Shown here: positions 42,044 to 55,869 of the stretch, one piece after another
Layout of the letters: each line of letters begins with the position of its first letter
Position numbering within the stretch: position 1 is the first letter of the stretch
DNA from: the human T2T-CHM13v2.0 reference genome, Homo sapiens
Strand: one strand, 5' to 3'
NCBI RefSeq assembly: GCF_009914755.1
Contig: NC_060925.1
DNA: 64,000 nt
The notes under the pieces: generated by a model
What the model saw: only the letters and a program-made list of their open reading frames with translations
The model's database searches: none
What the model was told of the DNA's origin: nothing
Position numbers and translations under genes: made by a program

Positions 42044-43052
42044 TGTTAAAATAATTGGAAGGCCATTAGACTGAGGCAATTCCACTGCCTGCATCAGCAA
42101 ACTGAAACTCAACTCATTGTAAACAGTAAACAACAACAACAACAACAACAAAACACTTAAGCTTATTCAGTCAGAAATGGCCAACCTCTAACAAGGGACT
42201 TTTGCTGGAATGATTCAACTAAACCTACTGCTCCACTGTAAACAACCAAATATTTTCTTTGCCTTGCTCCCGTATTCACCCTATAAAAGCCTTCTCCTTC
42301 ATTCCCCTTCATCAGAGCCCTGAACCACCTGCATTCTGGAACTGCCCAATTCATGAACCAATAAAGCAGCCTCAATTGTCTGGGGTGACATTCAACGTTC
42401 ACTGTCTCATAGCCATGGAGATCAAAGACCTGGACACAAAGAGTAAGGTTAGGAGCAAAAATTTAATAGGCAAAAGAAAGAAAATAGCTCTCTGCTACAG
42501 AGAGGGGTCCCAGAAAAATGAGTTGCCAATCTGCAGTGAAATGCAGGGTTTTTATAGATGAGCTAGTAAAGAGGTGGTGTCTGATCTACATAGGGCATGA
42601 AAAACCAGTTAGGACCAGGTGTGGCATCTGCATAGGGCATGAATCTCTGACAGTCTCCACCCCAGTCTTTTATTATGCAGGTGGGTTCTCTGCCTGAGCT
42701 TCTCCATGTTGCCCATTTCTTACTGTACATGTGCTAACAACAAAGGGAAGGTGGAGCCCCATGGTGAACATGCCTGGCCGCCAGGTAGGACTTTTCCATT
42801 GGTGTAGCTGCAGGCTTTCTCCCGTGCAAGCTTCCAGCTTCCTTATTTGTGTTTGCAGCTCCATCTTTCAGGATGCCCTTTGTTAGAAGAGAATTAATTT
42901 CTTGGGTTGCTTTTTGTTAGAAAGGAAGTTCTGCCGAGGACTCTTTTGCCCTCACTATCTGCCTAAAATAATTTCTTTCTATCTCCTGTGTCACCACCGT
43001 TTGCTCAAATAAACTCTTTCATATTTAATGTGCCTCAGTTTCTCTTTCAATA
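42044..43052 (+). mobile_element. ERV1 solo LTR (MER57E/LTR54-like) split by LTR9
   Basis: tgttaaaataattggaaggccattagactgagg start; 4-bp TSD gtcc. Confidence 0.7.
42362..42993 (-). mobile_element. LTR9-like ERV1 solo LTR nested in another LTR
   Basis: Ends gccctcactatctgcctaaaataatttctttctatctcctgtgtca (reverse complement of the LTR9 start). Confidence 0.75.
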
Positions 43053-45904
43053 GTCCTAACAAATATGGGTATAAAGGATAAAACTCAAGACAACCAGAGA
43101 ATCAGTCCAGAAAAGCCAGCATCCATCAGATCAAAGTTCCTCAATGAAAGAACATTGAGAATGTAGGACTGTCAATATTCAAAGAAATATAGAAAGGAAA
43201 ACTTTAATAGTGAAAAATGTATGTCTTCCAAGCAAGTACATCTTTTTTGCATGAGTTTGGAAACAATTCAAAATATTGAGAACTGTAATGGGTGGAGGTT
43301 GGGGAAATAGGCATTGGGTTAAAAATGCAAACTGGCAGAGCTTGCTTACATGGCAATTTGGCAGTTTTTATCAGAATTTTAAATGTACATATTTTGACTC
43401 AGAAATTCTACTTCCAATATTTAATTTTACAGAAGTGTTTACATATGTGCATAAAGATATAACAACAAGGATGGTCACTGCAGCATTATTTGTGAAAAAA
43501 ATGGGAAAAATAATCAATAGAGGATTCCTACAATACAGTGATTCTATGGAATATTGTGAAGCCACTAAAATGTGCGTATGTTTATAAATAAACAAAGATT
43601 CAATGGAATCACATAAAACTATTGACAGTGGTCATCTATCAGGAAGAGAGAGGTTTTGTGAGGTCAGAGGAGTTGTCATGTAAAAGATGTTCGTGGTTTG
43701 CTCTGCATTTTTCTGTATAATCTGGATATTTTACATTAGCCCTGAATCTCAACTGTCTCTTATAGCAATGAGAAAGAGAGCTGTCTATTCTTGGACTATA
43801 CCATCTCAAGGCAAGTTATTTATCCATAGTTCAATTTTCCTAAGACACAGCTGAGCACTAACCACCACCACCCCGGGTGGTCTGCATTTACTTAAAGTTC
43901 TTCCAATTACTAAGCAGAGGTAGATACTATCCCAAGTTTCACAAATTACAGGGGACAACTAGAGAATGACAGAACTGCCGAACACAGAGAATACCCAGAG
44001 ATCATCTACTTCAACCCTCCATTTTATGTTTTTCTGGATAAGAAAACTTCTGGGAGTAGAACACTGGTGACTCAGTTGTGTATTAGTTTCTTTGCCAATG
44101 ATTGGTGAACTGACACACCAACAAACAAAAAGAGCCATTAAGTTTGCAAAAGACAGATGGCACAGAAGAGGCACTCTCGGTCTGCAGTGATAGTCTGTGA
44201 CTTGAAGTCAAGCACACCCAGGGCTAGGGTGGAAGAGACCCTTGGGAAGTAAATGAACTTATTTAGTTCCTTGCTTTCTACATGCAGCCACTGGTGGCAT
44301 GAGGCAAGAGAAGAAAAATGTGTTTCATCCCATTTAAAATACTCTGTGGGCATCTAACACTTGTTATGATGCACTGCGCTTATAATACTGACAATTCAGA
44401 AATGTGGCCTCACTCTTAACAGAGTCTCTGCCCTTAAGGACCTTACGGGTGAGGGGTGAGGGGAAAGAGAGATGCAGAGAGAGAGAGATGCAGACAGAAT
44501 AGATGTGCCATTCTAATAGTACAGAGGGCTGAGCCAGGGGCCAGGGGAGGGGGCATTAATGGCTGTGTTTGTGACCCATTTCACAGAAGAGTTCCACTTG
44601 AGTAGACCAGTTCTGGTGTCTCCCACCCTTCCTTCCATGCACACCTCATTCCTGCAGTAGAGAATTAGGGATTCCCTCTGTACTCACTATAAAGTGAAAT
44701 AAGCTATTTTGAATGTTAGTGAATGCACAAGAACACACTGTCAATGTCAATAGGAAGAGTCAATACTTAACAGCTAAAAATTACGCTTTCATGTTCTCTA
44801 TCCCCCTCCCCTATATTATAGATAAAAGTGAAAAAAATGACAAAATGCCAACTGGTCTTTGATAAGGTGAGGGCTATTTTGGCCATCTGTATTCTGCACT
44901 CTGTTTTTAACAAGTTGAAAAGGCTTTGACTCTTGCAATATATCAAAATAAGTCCAAGTTCTTTCAACTTTCTGTGATAGGAGATTTATTCTGAAGTCTG
45001 TCAGTTATGATTGTTTTATGTTTCTTTTTCTAAATTACCTGTTTTCTGTTCACTGCAAAGGTTGGTATTTCATCCAGTTAAGGGGCAAAAACACTGCTGA
45101 CAAAACCCAACAATCTTTATTTTGAGCTCATTAAAAAGCAAAGACAAAGTTAGGATTGACTTCGGGTGTAACTGGCAAGTAATGAAGAAGCAAAATTTAT
45201 CTTTAGTAGCACTAGTGTTCCGTTTCTCCTTATTTTAGAAGGAACACACACACGCACACACTTTTATAAGAGTGCACTGAGAGAGGCTTAGAGTTAGGGT
45301 GAGAGAGAACCTTTAAACCATCTAATCTAACTTTGCCGTCAGTACAGACACCTGAGCTTCTGCACTCCTGACTGATGAGATCTTCCTTCTCTGCTTGGGT
45401 GCTACAAGCTACCAAAAGCTCACTACTTAACAAGACAGCACTAATTTTTAGGAAGTTCCTATTAACATGGGAAGACATGTGATGAACAGAAGCGTACTGA
45501 ATCATCAAAACACCTTTCCCTATCACCTCTGCCCTAACTCCTTTCTCCATCCCTTATCCCCCTCCTTCTTTCAATCTCTCTCTCTCTCTGGACCTCCTTT
45601 ATTTATCCCTTCACCACTTTCCAAACCCACCATTGCTCTTGTTTTCTTTCAAATCTCCCAATGCTCCCTGACACCCAAACCTCCTCTTGATTCAATGCCC
45701 AATCCAGGGCAGAGCTTGCATGGGGCTTTCCCTGCAGAAGAAATGATCCCTCTTCTCTGATTACAAGGGGGCTACAGAAATACAAATGATGACATCCTGA
45801 GGCAATAGATAATGAAATGCAATCTTATAATATAGAGTGACCTCAGTGGTAGAAGGAAGAGAGGAAGAAAAACATTTTAGTTTTTTGCCTGCTTTTTTTA
45901 AAAG

Positions 45905-46127
45905 TTTTTTTTTTTAATTATACTTTAAGTTCTGGGGTACATGTGCAGAACGTGCAGGTTTGCTACATAGGTATATATGTGTCATGCTGCTTTGCTGCAC
46001 TCATCAACCCGTCATCTATATTAAGTATTTCTCCTAATGCTATCCCTCCTACCACCCTCCCCACACCCCCGCCCTGACAGGCCCTGGTGTGTGATGTTCC
46101 CCTCCCTGTGTCCGTGTGTTCTCATTG
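45905..46127 (-). mobile_element. Short L1PA 3' end
   Basis: ttatactttaagttctggggtacatgtgcagaacgtgcagg. Confidence 0.9.
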
Positions 46128-46360
46128 AAGATGTAGAGGACCTTACATCACTGAAGGAATAAAAATGTAGCCTGCAGCTCCTGTATATTCCTAAATTTCC
46201 CTTCTCTTCATCATTATTATTTTTTAAATTTATCTGTTTTTTCAAAGACTCAGGTAAAAGCCCATCATAAGCCATGCCCATAGCACAGCTATTTCCACAC
46301 ACCAGCAGGATGATCTCTAAAAGCCCTGCTTTGTGGAGCCAGGTAGAGTGTAAGAATGTC

Positions 46361-48018
46361 TCATGGATAGGAAGAATCAATATCGTGAAAATGGCCATAC
46401 TGCCCAAGGTAATTTACAGATTCAATGCCATCCCCATCAAGCTACCAATGACTTTCTTCACAGAATTGGAAAAAATTACTTTAAAGTTCATATGGAACCA
46501 AAAAAGAGCCCGCATTGCCAAGTCAATCCTAAGCCAAAAGAACAAAGCTGGAGGCATCACGCTACCTGACTTCAAACTATACTACAAGATTACAGTAACC
46601 AAAACAGCATGGCACTGGTACCAAAACAGAGATATAGACCAATCAAACAGAACAGAGCCCTCAGAAATATTACCACACATGTACAACCATCTGATCTTTG
46701 ACAAACCTGACAAAAACAAGAAATGGGGAAAGGATTCCCGATTTAATAAATGGTGCTGGGAAAACTGGCTAGCCATATGTAGAAAGCTGAAACTGGATCC
46801 CTTCCTTACACCTTATACAAAAATTAATTCAAGATGGATTAAAGACTTAAATGTCAGACCTAAAACCATAAAAACCCTAGAAGAAACCTAGGCAATACCA
46901 TTCAGGACATAGGCATGGGCAAGGACTTCATGTCTAAAACACCAAAAGCAACGGCAACAAAAGCCAGAATTGACAAATGGGATCTAATTAAACTAAAGAG
47001 CTTCTGCACAGCAAAAGAAACTACCATCAGAGTGAACAGGCAAACTACAGAATGGGAGAAAATTTTTGCAATCTACTCATCGGACAAAGGGCTAATATCC
47101 ATAATCTACAAAGAACTCAAACAAATTTACAAGAAAAAAACAACAACCCCATCAAAAAGTGGGCGAAGGACAGTTTTTGATGAACAGACACTTCTCAAAG
47201 AAGACATTTATGCAGCCAACAGACACGTGAAAAAATGCTCATCATCACTGGCTATCAGAGAAACGCAAATCAAAACCACAATGAGATACCATCTCATACC
47301 AGTTAGAATGGCGATCATTAAAAAGTCAGGAAACAACAGGTGCTGGAGAGGATGTGGAGAAACAGGAACACTTTTACACTGTTGGTAGGACTGTAAACTA
47401 GTTCAACCATTGTGGAAGACAGTGTGGCGATTCCTCAAGGATCTAGAACTAGAAATACCATTTGACCCAGCAATCCCATTACTGGGTATATACCCAAAGG
47501 ATTTTAAATCATGCTGCTATAAAGACACATGCTCACGTATGTTTATTGTGGCGCTATTCACAATAGCAAAGACCTGGAACCAACCGAAATGTCCATCAAT
47601 GATAGACTGGATTAAGAAAACGTGGCACATATACACCATGGAATACTATGCAGCCATAAAAAAGGATGAGTTCATGTCCTTTGTAGGGACATGGATGAAA
47701 CTGGAAATCATCATTCTCAGCAAACTATCGCAAGGACAGAAAACCAAACACCGCACGTTCTCACTCATAGGTGGGAATTGAACAATGAGAACACTTGGAC
47801 ACAAGAAGGGGAACATCACACACCAGGGCCTGTTGTGCAGTGGGGGGAGGTGAGAGGGATAGCATTAGGAGATATATATATATAATATAGGAGATATAAT
47901 GTAAATGACGAGTTAATGTGTGCAGCACACCAACATGGCACATGTATACATATGTAACAAACCTGCATGTTGTGCACATGTACCCTAGAACTTAAAGTAT
48001 AATAAAAACAAAAAAAAA
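46361..48018 (+). mobile_element. 5'-truncated L1PA (ORF2 C-terminal part plus 3'UTR and poly(A))
   Basis: ORFs 46274-46891, 46915-47388 and 47410-47781 are L1 ORF2 broken by frameshifts and stops; TSD aagaatgtc at 46352-46360 and 48019-48027. Confidence 0.96.
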
Positions 48019-48437
48019 AAGAATGTCGGAACAAAGCACCACATTGAGCCACAAAGTTTTCTCTGGTCGCTGTTCATACAGCCATCACTATCTACAAGGA
48101 GAGTGCAGGTTTACTACGGTCACAAGGTGAAAGAAAGGTCTGTGGAGTTGCTGTCAGGCTGTGCATACATCTTCCTCTCTTTCAGTCATTGATAGCAATT
48201 GCATGTCAATTCTTTGTGCTCCTGTACCACGACATATTTATTATGCCCTCAAAAGCAACACAAACCACCTGAACTCCTAAAACACAGAATAAGTTATTAG
48301 AAGATCACAGAACCAGGAAAAGGAAAACGGTAGGCATGGTTTACATACGCGTTCTTCCTCTTTCCTGGGAGAAATGCTTTTTCAGTTCCTCCATTGATCG
48401 GAGAGGCTGACATTTTCCTTCATCACCAAGGTTTTCT

Positions 48438-49014
48438 TGTGGCTCAGAAAACAATATCCCTAAATGAAGCCCTCAGAGAAGCAAACATTTTTCTTTGACC
48501 TTCACCTGCTCGCCTATCTCTCAATACCATTCTCCCCCAGGGCTTGTCACAGAAACCAGAACACTAAAGAAACCAGAACCTAAAGCCAGCCATGAAACCT
48601 AAAAATATTACTATAACGTTCCCCTTTGCCTTTCTGTGTAAAAACTGGCCATAAAGAAATTATGTGGGTGTTAAGACCCCTTTCCAGAGACAGCCCTGCC
48701 CCACACCCAGAAGGAAGAAACGTTACACAGAGAGGCCAAGAAGAATCTAGACAGACAAGCCTTGCTGGGTTTCCTCTCTCCATCTATTAGCATTAGATCT
48801 TACCCTTTTTGTCTAATTATATTTCTACACACTGTTCATACTTTGTTAAACTTAAGCACAAAAATGGACAATTTACAGCATATCCTTGAGTCTTCATTCT
48901 GAGGGGCTCCCGTGTTGATGCAATAAATTTGTATGTCTTTCTCTAATTAATCTGCCTTTTGTGAGTTGATTTTTTTCAGCAAAGCTTCAGGGGTCAAGGG
49001 CCTTGGCCCCTACA
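48438..49014 (+). mobile_element. ERV1 solo LTR (MER4/MER34 group)
   Basis: TG…CA ends (ggccttggcccctaca), AATAAA near 48923. Confidence 0.65.
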
Positions 49015-49469
49015 GTTTTACACACAGGGACAGCAATCACCAGCACCTATTTCCCTGTGGCTTTACAGTTTACAATGCCATTTTGCACACCTGGCTGTCA
49101 TTCCCTGCTCTCATCTATCCTAACCCTCTCTCTTTGGTCAATATCCCCGAGCTGCGTAACCATCCAGCCTGTCCCTACCAAGCACGTCCTAGCCTCTCCC
49201 TCAGAGTCTGCAGGTAGTGGCAACAGGCTAGAGGTTTGTGTACGGCTGCATCTGGAGGGAATGGTGCTATTCTGGCAGCTATACCTTGGATGCCACTGTG
49301 CAGTCAGTCAGCCGTGCCGTCTGCCTCATTTTAAAGTCCCCCCATTCTTCTCAGGCAAACCCAAAGAGCTGTGCTATCCAGTTTTCTTTAGAAAGGTCTG
49401 AGCAGCCCTGCTGGCTCTGCAAGGGCATCAAATTGGGATTTCATAACTGCTTGCCTCCCAGAGGAGACT

Positions 49470-51505
49470 TTAATTTTTTTTACAAGGGCCAAATGTCCCA
49501 CGTTTATCTACAAATGAAATGTGTTTCATGCAGTTATGATGGATGGAGTGCATAACACCTGACAGCAGCAAGACCTTTCGAGGAACCGAACGTTGACTAC
49601 AGTATATCATGCAAGTATCTATATATACACAAAAGAATTCCTTTACTTAAAAAAATAAGTACAAAACATGTTGAGGGATAAATACAAGATATAAAATGCA
49701 AAAGAAAACACAAAACAAAACCAAAAAATAGAACTCTCTCAGAGAACTATAAACGGAAGGGCCAGAAGAGTATCTCTGCTGCATTTTAATAAAGCAGAAC
49801 TACCAACGTTAAATATACTTCTTGAAATGGCTGAACTAAACCCGGGTGGCTCAGTGCTTAAGGTAACAGCCAATTGCAATACACAGGCGGCTGCATTGAT
49901 AAGTCGGTGGTTGAAGTTGCACATCCCAACTCTAAGTACCAGAACATTTGGCAGCAGCACCCAGAACAGGAAACGCCAACTCTTTTGACAGCAAAGGGTT
50001 AAGTCAACTGATTTTTTTCTGTCAAGAGCCAGAGAAATACTTGATATTCTTAGTTGTGTTTCTGTAATATTTAATAAATTACATGACAAAAACCTGATTA
50101 TATAAATCTATTGGTCTAACTACGTATTTGCAACTTTTATAGTAGTCCAGCCCTTTCGTTACTTTCCCTCCTTGTGCTCTTAAAGCCAGCCTTGCAGGTC
50201 TGCTGAGAAAACAAGTCCCATTTTTTTCTTTAGAATAGCCTTCCCCATTCCTCAAAATGGAACTGAGGAAATCAGCCTTCCTTATTAGATTCCTGGCTTC
50301 AGTTTTTATCCACGGCTGGGAAACGAGCAACCTGCAAGACTGCTTTAAACACCCTTCGGCGTGGCCTGAAGACAAAGGCACGCCCACACTGGAGTGCAGT
50401 TGTCTCAAATGTGAACTCACTTCCTGAGGGCAGGCACATCGAGGAAGTGCTGAGACACTTAAAAGTTCCTAGTGTTTTTGAGACCCACAATTACTTACTA
50501 TTTATGTAGTGAATTCTAACAATTAAAAACACTAAAAAAGGCATTATTTTAGCCTGTAATTAGTTAACCCATTCAAAATCCAAACATACAAAATGGTTTA
50601 TTTGAATTCAGGAACTGCCCTTGTTACTAAGAACTCTGTTTTAAAGAAACAGTACAAAAAGAAAAATTCTAACCCAAAACAACTCAAATGGTTTTCCACT
50701 AAATACTGATACAAACATGTAACAAAGAGTATAAAAAGTTGTTCATTTAAATATATACAAACTCTTTTAAACGCAAATACTGTTTTAATACTTATCGAGG
50801 ATATATACGACGAGGTGAAGGAAGGTACGTTGAAAGAGAATATATTGCAACAGCCTAGACAGTACTGTTAATTCTATTATCCCACTGCAAACTTTTTGTA
50901 ACAAAAATGTCTTTTTTATTCCAATGTGGACAGGGATTTTCCTCATGGATCATCTGTGGCTATTTCTCGGCTGAGCTCATCCTTTTGGATTTGATGAAGG
51001 CCATGCCGTGTATCCGCATGTGAGTATTTGAGGCAGCTTCAGTTTCAAAAGTTTTTGCGCACACTTTGCACTTTCTGTCTGACACGGTGCCATCAGGGGA
51101 GTCATCCTCGTGGCTGGGTTTGTTCTCCTGTTGGTTATCTTCCCCAGCCCCATTTTGCTTGGACACTGGCTGAGGTTCCTTTAACTTGTGTACGATGAAG
51201 AGGTGTCTGGAGAGAGAGACGTGAGACGTGTAGCAGAGGCCACACTCCCGGCACTGGTAGGAAGAACCATCCGATTTGTGCTGAGGGACGTGTTCGTGGA
51301 ACTGCAGCAGGTTTTCAGTGGTGAAGCCACACACGGCACACTTGTGAACCTTAAAATCATTGATTTTCAGCTTTTTCAGTGGTTGAGTGATTGCTCCTCA
51401 GGGAGACCTGAACTCCAAAACTGGTTCTTCTAACTTCCGCTTGGGACTGGGGACCTTGGTGTCTTCTTTTGTTTCCTCCTCACTGGTGGCATCTGTCATT
51501 TCTTT
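49470..51505 (-). pseudogene. ZNF532: 5'-truncated ZNF532 processed pseudogene: C-terminal C2H2 zinc fingers plus ~1.5 kb 3'UTR (symbol given is the parent gene)
   Basis: ORF 50960-51334 ends …CKVCAKTFETEAASNTHMRIHGMAFIKSKRMSSAEK*, the recalled ZNF532 C-terminus. Upstream KEMTDATSEEE…PSPKRKLEEPVLEFR carries an in-frame TGA at 51398-51400. T-run (poly(A) remnant) near 49473-49481. Confidence 0.88.
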
Positions 51506-51709
51506 AATTCTTTAATAGTAAACACAGCTTCTTCCAACAAAAGCCTCTGAGGTTGGACGCCATGCCACTCAGTCTAAGCAATACGATTTCATACTCTAGA
51601 TAGAGACATGACCCTGGTCCCAGTACAACCTCACATAGGAAGGTTGATATCCCAAACATGTACAGCTCATGGGGGAAAAAAGCAGGTAAATAAATAAATA
51701 AATAAAACA

Positions 51710-52592
51710 AACAACAAAAAATACAAACAACTCAATTTAAAAATGAGCAAAGGAGTTCAATGGACATTTCTCCAAAGAAAATACACAAATGATTAATAAG
51801 CACATGAAAAGATGTTCAACATCACTATAGAAAAATGCAAATCAAAACCACAATTAGATACTTCACACTATTAGGACAGCCAGTATACAAAAAACGGAAA
51901 ATAACAAATATTAGTAAGGAGGTGGAGAAATCGGAACCCTATACATTGTTGGTGGGAATGTAAAATGTTGCAACCACTGTGAAAGATAGTGTGGTGGTTT
52001 CTCAGAAAAATTTAAGATAAGATCACCTTATGATCCAGTAATTCCACTTTTAGGTATACATCAAAAAGAATGGAAAGCAGGGACTCAAACAGAGAAATGT
52101 ACAACAATGTTCATAGCAGCATTATTTGCAACAGCCAAAATGTAGAAACAACTCAAATTAGGAGATGAATGGATCGACAAAATGTGATAAGCACATAGGA
52201 CAAAATATTATTCTGCCTTAAAAGAGAAGGAAATTCTAACACATGCCACAACGAGTGAACCTTGAAAACATTACGCTAAGTGAAATAATCCTGACACAAA
52301 AGGATAATGTATGATTTCCACTTACACGAGGTACTTAGTGTAGCCAAATTCAAAGAGAAAAAAGTAGAACAGTGATTACCAGGGGCTAGGGAAAAAGGAG
52401 GAATGGGGAGCAATTGCTTAATGGGTATAGAATTTCAGGTCTGCAAGATGAAAAGAGTTCTGTGGATGGATGGTGGCAATGACAGCACAACAACGTGAAT
52501 GTACTTAATACTACTGAACTGTACACTTAAAATGGTTAAAATGGTAAATTTTATGTTATACATATTTTACCACAATAAAAAACAATTAAAAA
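51710..52592 (+). mobile_element. L1MB-type 3' end
   Basis: L1 ORF2 end and 3'UTR ending gtaaattttatgttatacatattttaccacaataaaa. Confidence 0.88.
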
Positions 52593-52597
52593 AACCA

Positions 52598-52904
<307 letters not shown>

Positions 52905-54038
52905 TTAAAAAAAAGAGAGAGAAGAAAAAAGGAAAACAACCAACAACTGGAAGGTTTGAACTTTATCAGCTTTTCCTTCCTACTTAGGTCTCTCCCTAAA
53001 TAATCCAAAGCCTTTCTCTGAGCCCCTGGTTCCCTCTCCTCTCATTCCTAGTCTTTCACACTTCAGAACTTTTCCACCACATTCCAATAGGCAAAACTTA
53101 CCATTTTAGATGGTACTTCTGCTTCTCCTGCCTAGGAAGCAACTAGCTTAATATATCTGTCCAGCAGTGGCAGACATGGAGTAACGAGGCTTCCACTCAA
53201 CTTAAATGTAACAGGGAGTTTGCCATTCTGTCTATGGTGTTTACTGAGGCCACCCACATTCAGAGACTTGCGTACCCAGGTAAAATCTATGTTCTTAGTT
53301 ATAATCTACTGAGCTACCCTTCAGATGGCTCACATGCTAGAGCACACCAGGACCTTGGTTGTCCACTCCTTACCCTCTTGGCCTATTCTTCTCTGCACGT
53401 ACCTGGTTTCACCCTGCCTAATGTCAAAGGTTTGTGCAAATAAAGCCATGTGTATAAATTTGGGAATGGGGGCACCACCAGCCATTGCTAACATATCAGA
53501 TCTAAGGAAGAAGGGAAAAACTGTGTTCCAAGAAACATAAAATGTGCAAATCTTCACATGAACCTTGAGCACAATAGCATCCAGGAAAAGTTTTATGGGC
53601 ATACAATCGACAGTAGTTACAGCAGAGCCCTCTTCATTGCTTTTTGTTTACTACTTTAAAAAAAAAAACTTTGAGTTTTACGCTGTCTTAGATCAAACAG
53701 AAACACATGCAGTTTCCATTTTTTGCAGTGGCTATTTCTTTTTCTGACAGGTTGACCTCTTTTATCAGTTATATTACTTCCCCTAAGTTCAGGGAGAGTA
53801 TACGTCCCAATCCACTTTTTACTGTCCTCCCAATATATTTATGCAAAAAGTTATGTTCAGAGGCTGAGACACTTTACTTATTGCTCCAAGCATCTGCTTT
53901 TATTCTATGACCCAGTTTACCTTTTACAGCCCCAGCTTTTCTTCAGTTCTCAACAAAACCCACACAAATGGATCCACACTAACATATTAATGGGTATTAA
54001 TAAGATTATACAACATACTTCATTTATTATCTGTGGCT

Positions 54039-54073
54039 ATTGCTTCTTGGCCTTTAGCCTAAGAACAAGTGTA
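54039..54073 (+). pseudogene. 3'-truncated U2 snRNA retro-pseudogene (U2 nt 1-~35)
   Basis: ATTGCTTCTTGGCCTTTAGCCTAAGAACAAGTGTA versus the U2 5' end ATCGCTTCTCGGCCTTTTGGCTAAGATCAAGTGTA (30/35; two changes are CpG decay). Flanked by the direct repeat tattatctgtggct (54025-54038) / tattatctgtgatt (54072-54085). Confidence 0.85.
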
Positions 54074-54645
54074 TTATCTGTGATTTTCATGAGGACACTT
54101 TAGAATACCAGGGCATTTGGGGGTTCTATGGCAAACCAATGGGATGACATTTCTAGGCAAACTATGAAAGAGAGCTAACATTTAGGGAAATTCTTCACTT
54201 TTCATAATATGGTGACAGTAAAATTATAATATGAAGGTTAGACAACACACGAGACAACTACAAAATTTCTCACTTACAATGGGAAGCTCCTGGGAGTAAC
54301 AATGTGCTCTTTTCTGCCTTTGGAGTATTTCAGTGGAAAGGTTATTCCTTTCAACAACACCGCATAGCTATTGTGTTACTTTATGGCACGACAAGGTGTT
54401 CCAGGCACACCTCATACTATCACTGCTGCAACCCTAGAAACAGTCTTCCCTCTAAGGATTCCTGTGTTTTCTGTAATGGAAAATATTATTTAGAAACCAA
54501 GATGGAAGTACTAAGAATGCTCAATGTTATTTGGGGTGTTGCTTCTCCCAAACCCTCTCAAAGCACAAAGCTAGGAAATAAACGCACATATCATGCATTT
54601 ATTTTGACATTTATCTATCTATGTATATTAATAACCATGAGTTCC

Positions 54646-55609
54646 AGACAACCTACAAAATGGAAGAAAATTTTTGTAATCTATCCATTTGACAAAGGGC
54701 TAATATCCAGAGTCTATAAGAAACTTAAATTTGCAAGAAAGAAGAGAAAAAAAAACAACTCCATTAAAAAGTGGGCAAAGGGCATGAACAGACACTTCTC
54801 AAAAGAAGACATTCATGTGGCCAAATATGAAAATAAGCTCAACATCACTGATCATTAGAGAAATGCAAATCAAAACCACAATGAGATGTCATCTCATGTT
54901 AGTCAGAATGGCGATTATTAAAAAGTCAAGAAACAACAGATGCTGGTGAGGTTGCATGGAAAAAGGAACACTTTTACACTGTTGATGGGAATATAAATTA
55001 GTTCAACCATTGCGGAAGACAGTGTGACAATTCCTCAAAGATCTAGAACCAGAAATACCATTTGACCCAGCAATCCCATTACTGGGTATATACTCAAAGG
55101 AATATAAATCATTCTATTATAAAGACACATGCATGCATATGTTCACTGCAGCACTATTCACAATAGCAAAGACATGGAATCAATCCAAATGCCCATCAAT
55201 GATAGACTGGATAAAGAAAATGTTGCACATATGCCCCATGGAATATTATGCAGTCATAAAAAGGAACAAGATCATGTCCTTTGGAGGGATATGAATGGAG
55301 CTGGAGGCCATTATCCTTGGCAAACTAACTCAGGAAAAGAAAACCAAACACCGCATGTTCTCACTTATAAGTGGGAGCTGAACGATACATGGACACAGGG
55401 AGGGAAACAACACACACTAGGGCCTATAGGTGGTTGGGGGTGAGGGAGGGGGAAGGAGGCAGGAATAGCTAAAGAATGCTGAGCTTAATACCTAGGTGAT
55501 GGTTGATCTGTACAGCAAGCCATCGCAGGGCACACATTTACCCATGTAACAAACCTGCACATCCTGGACATGTACCCTGGAACTTAAAATAAAAGTTGAA
55601 GAACTTTAA
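54646..55609 (+). mobile_element. 5'-truncated older L1PA
   Basis: L1 ORF2 C-terminus and 3'UTR; TSD aaccatgagttcc / aaccatgggttcc. Confidence 0.92.
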
Positions 55610-55869
55610 AACCATGGGTTCCCACCATCTCAAATTCCAGTTCACATCCAAAGTTCATTTTTCACTTCTCCTTTTTATTTTTGTAAAAATTCTCTTCACT
55701 GATAGTAAGAAACCTGGCTCCCAGTATATTTAATATTTGTATATATTTGTTCAATTCCCCTATATATAATCAATCTTCCAACCTGCTAGACTATTGCCTC
55801 CCTCAAACAGCTTCCCCACTTAACTCCAAACCCACGGGTGCCTCCAACAAGTGTTAGGGGAGGAAAATA

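Noticed and set aside
46274-47781. Longest ORFs in the track (205, 157 and 123 aa)
   Set aside because: Consecutive frameshifted pieces of L1 ORF2 in a 5'-truncated L1PA; not a host gene and not retrotransposition-competent.
45905-48018. Opposite-orientation L1PA pieces as a twin-priming inversion
   Set aside because: Both carry L1 3' ends, they are separated by unique sequence, and the plus-strand copy has its own TSD, so they are independent insertions.
54304-54858. 184-aa ORF
   Set aside because: Chance read-through from unique intron sequence into L1 ORF2; non-ATG start and no recognisable domain in the N-terminal half.
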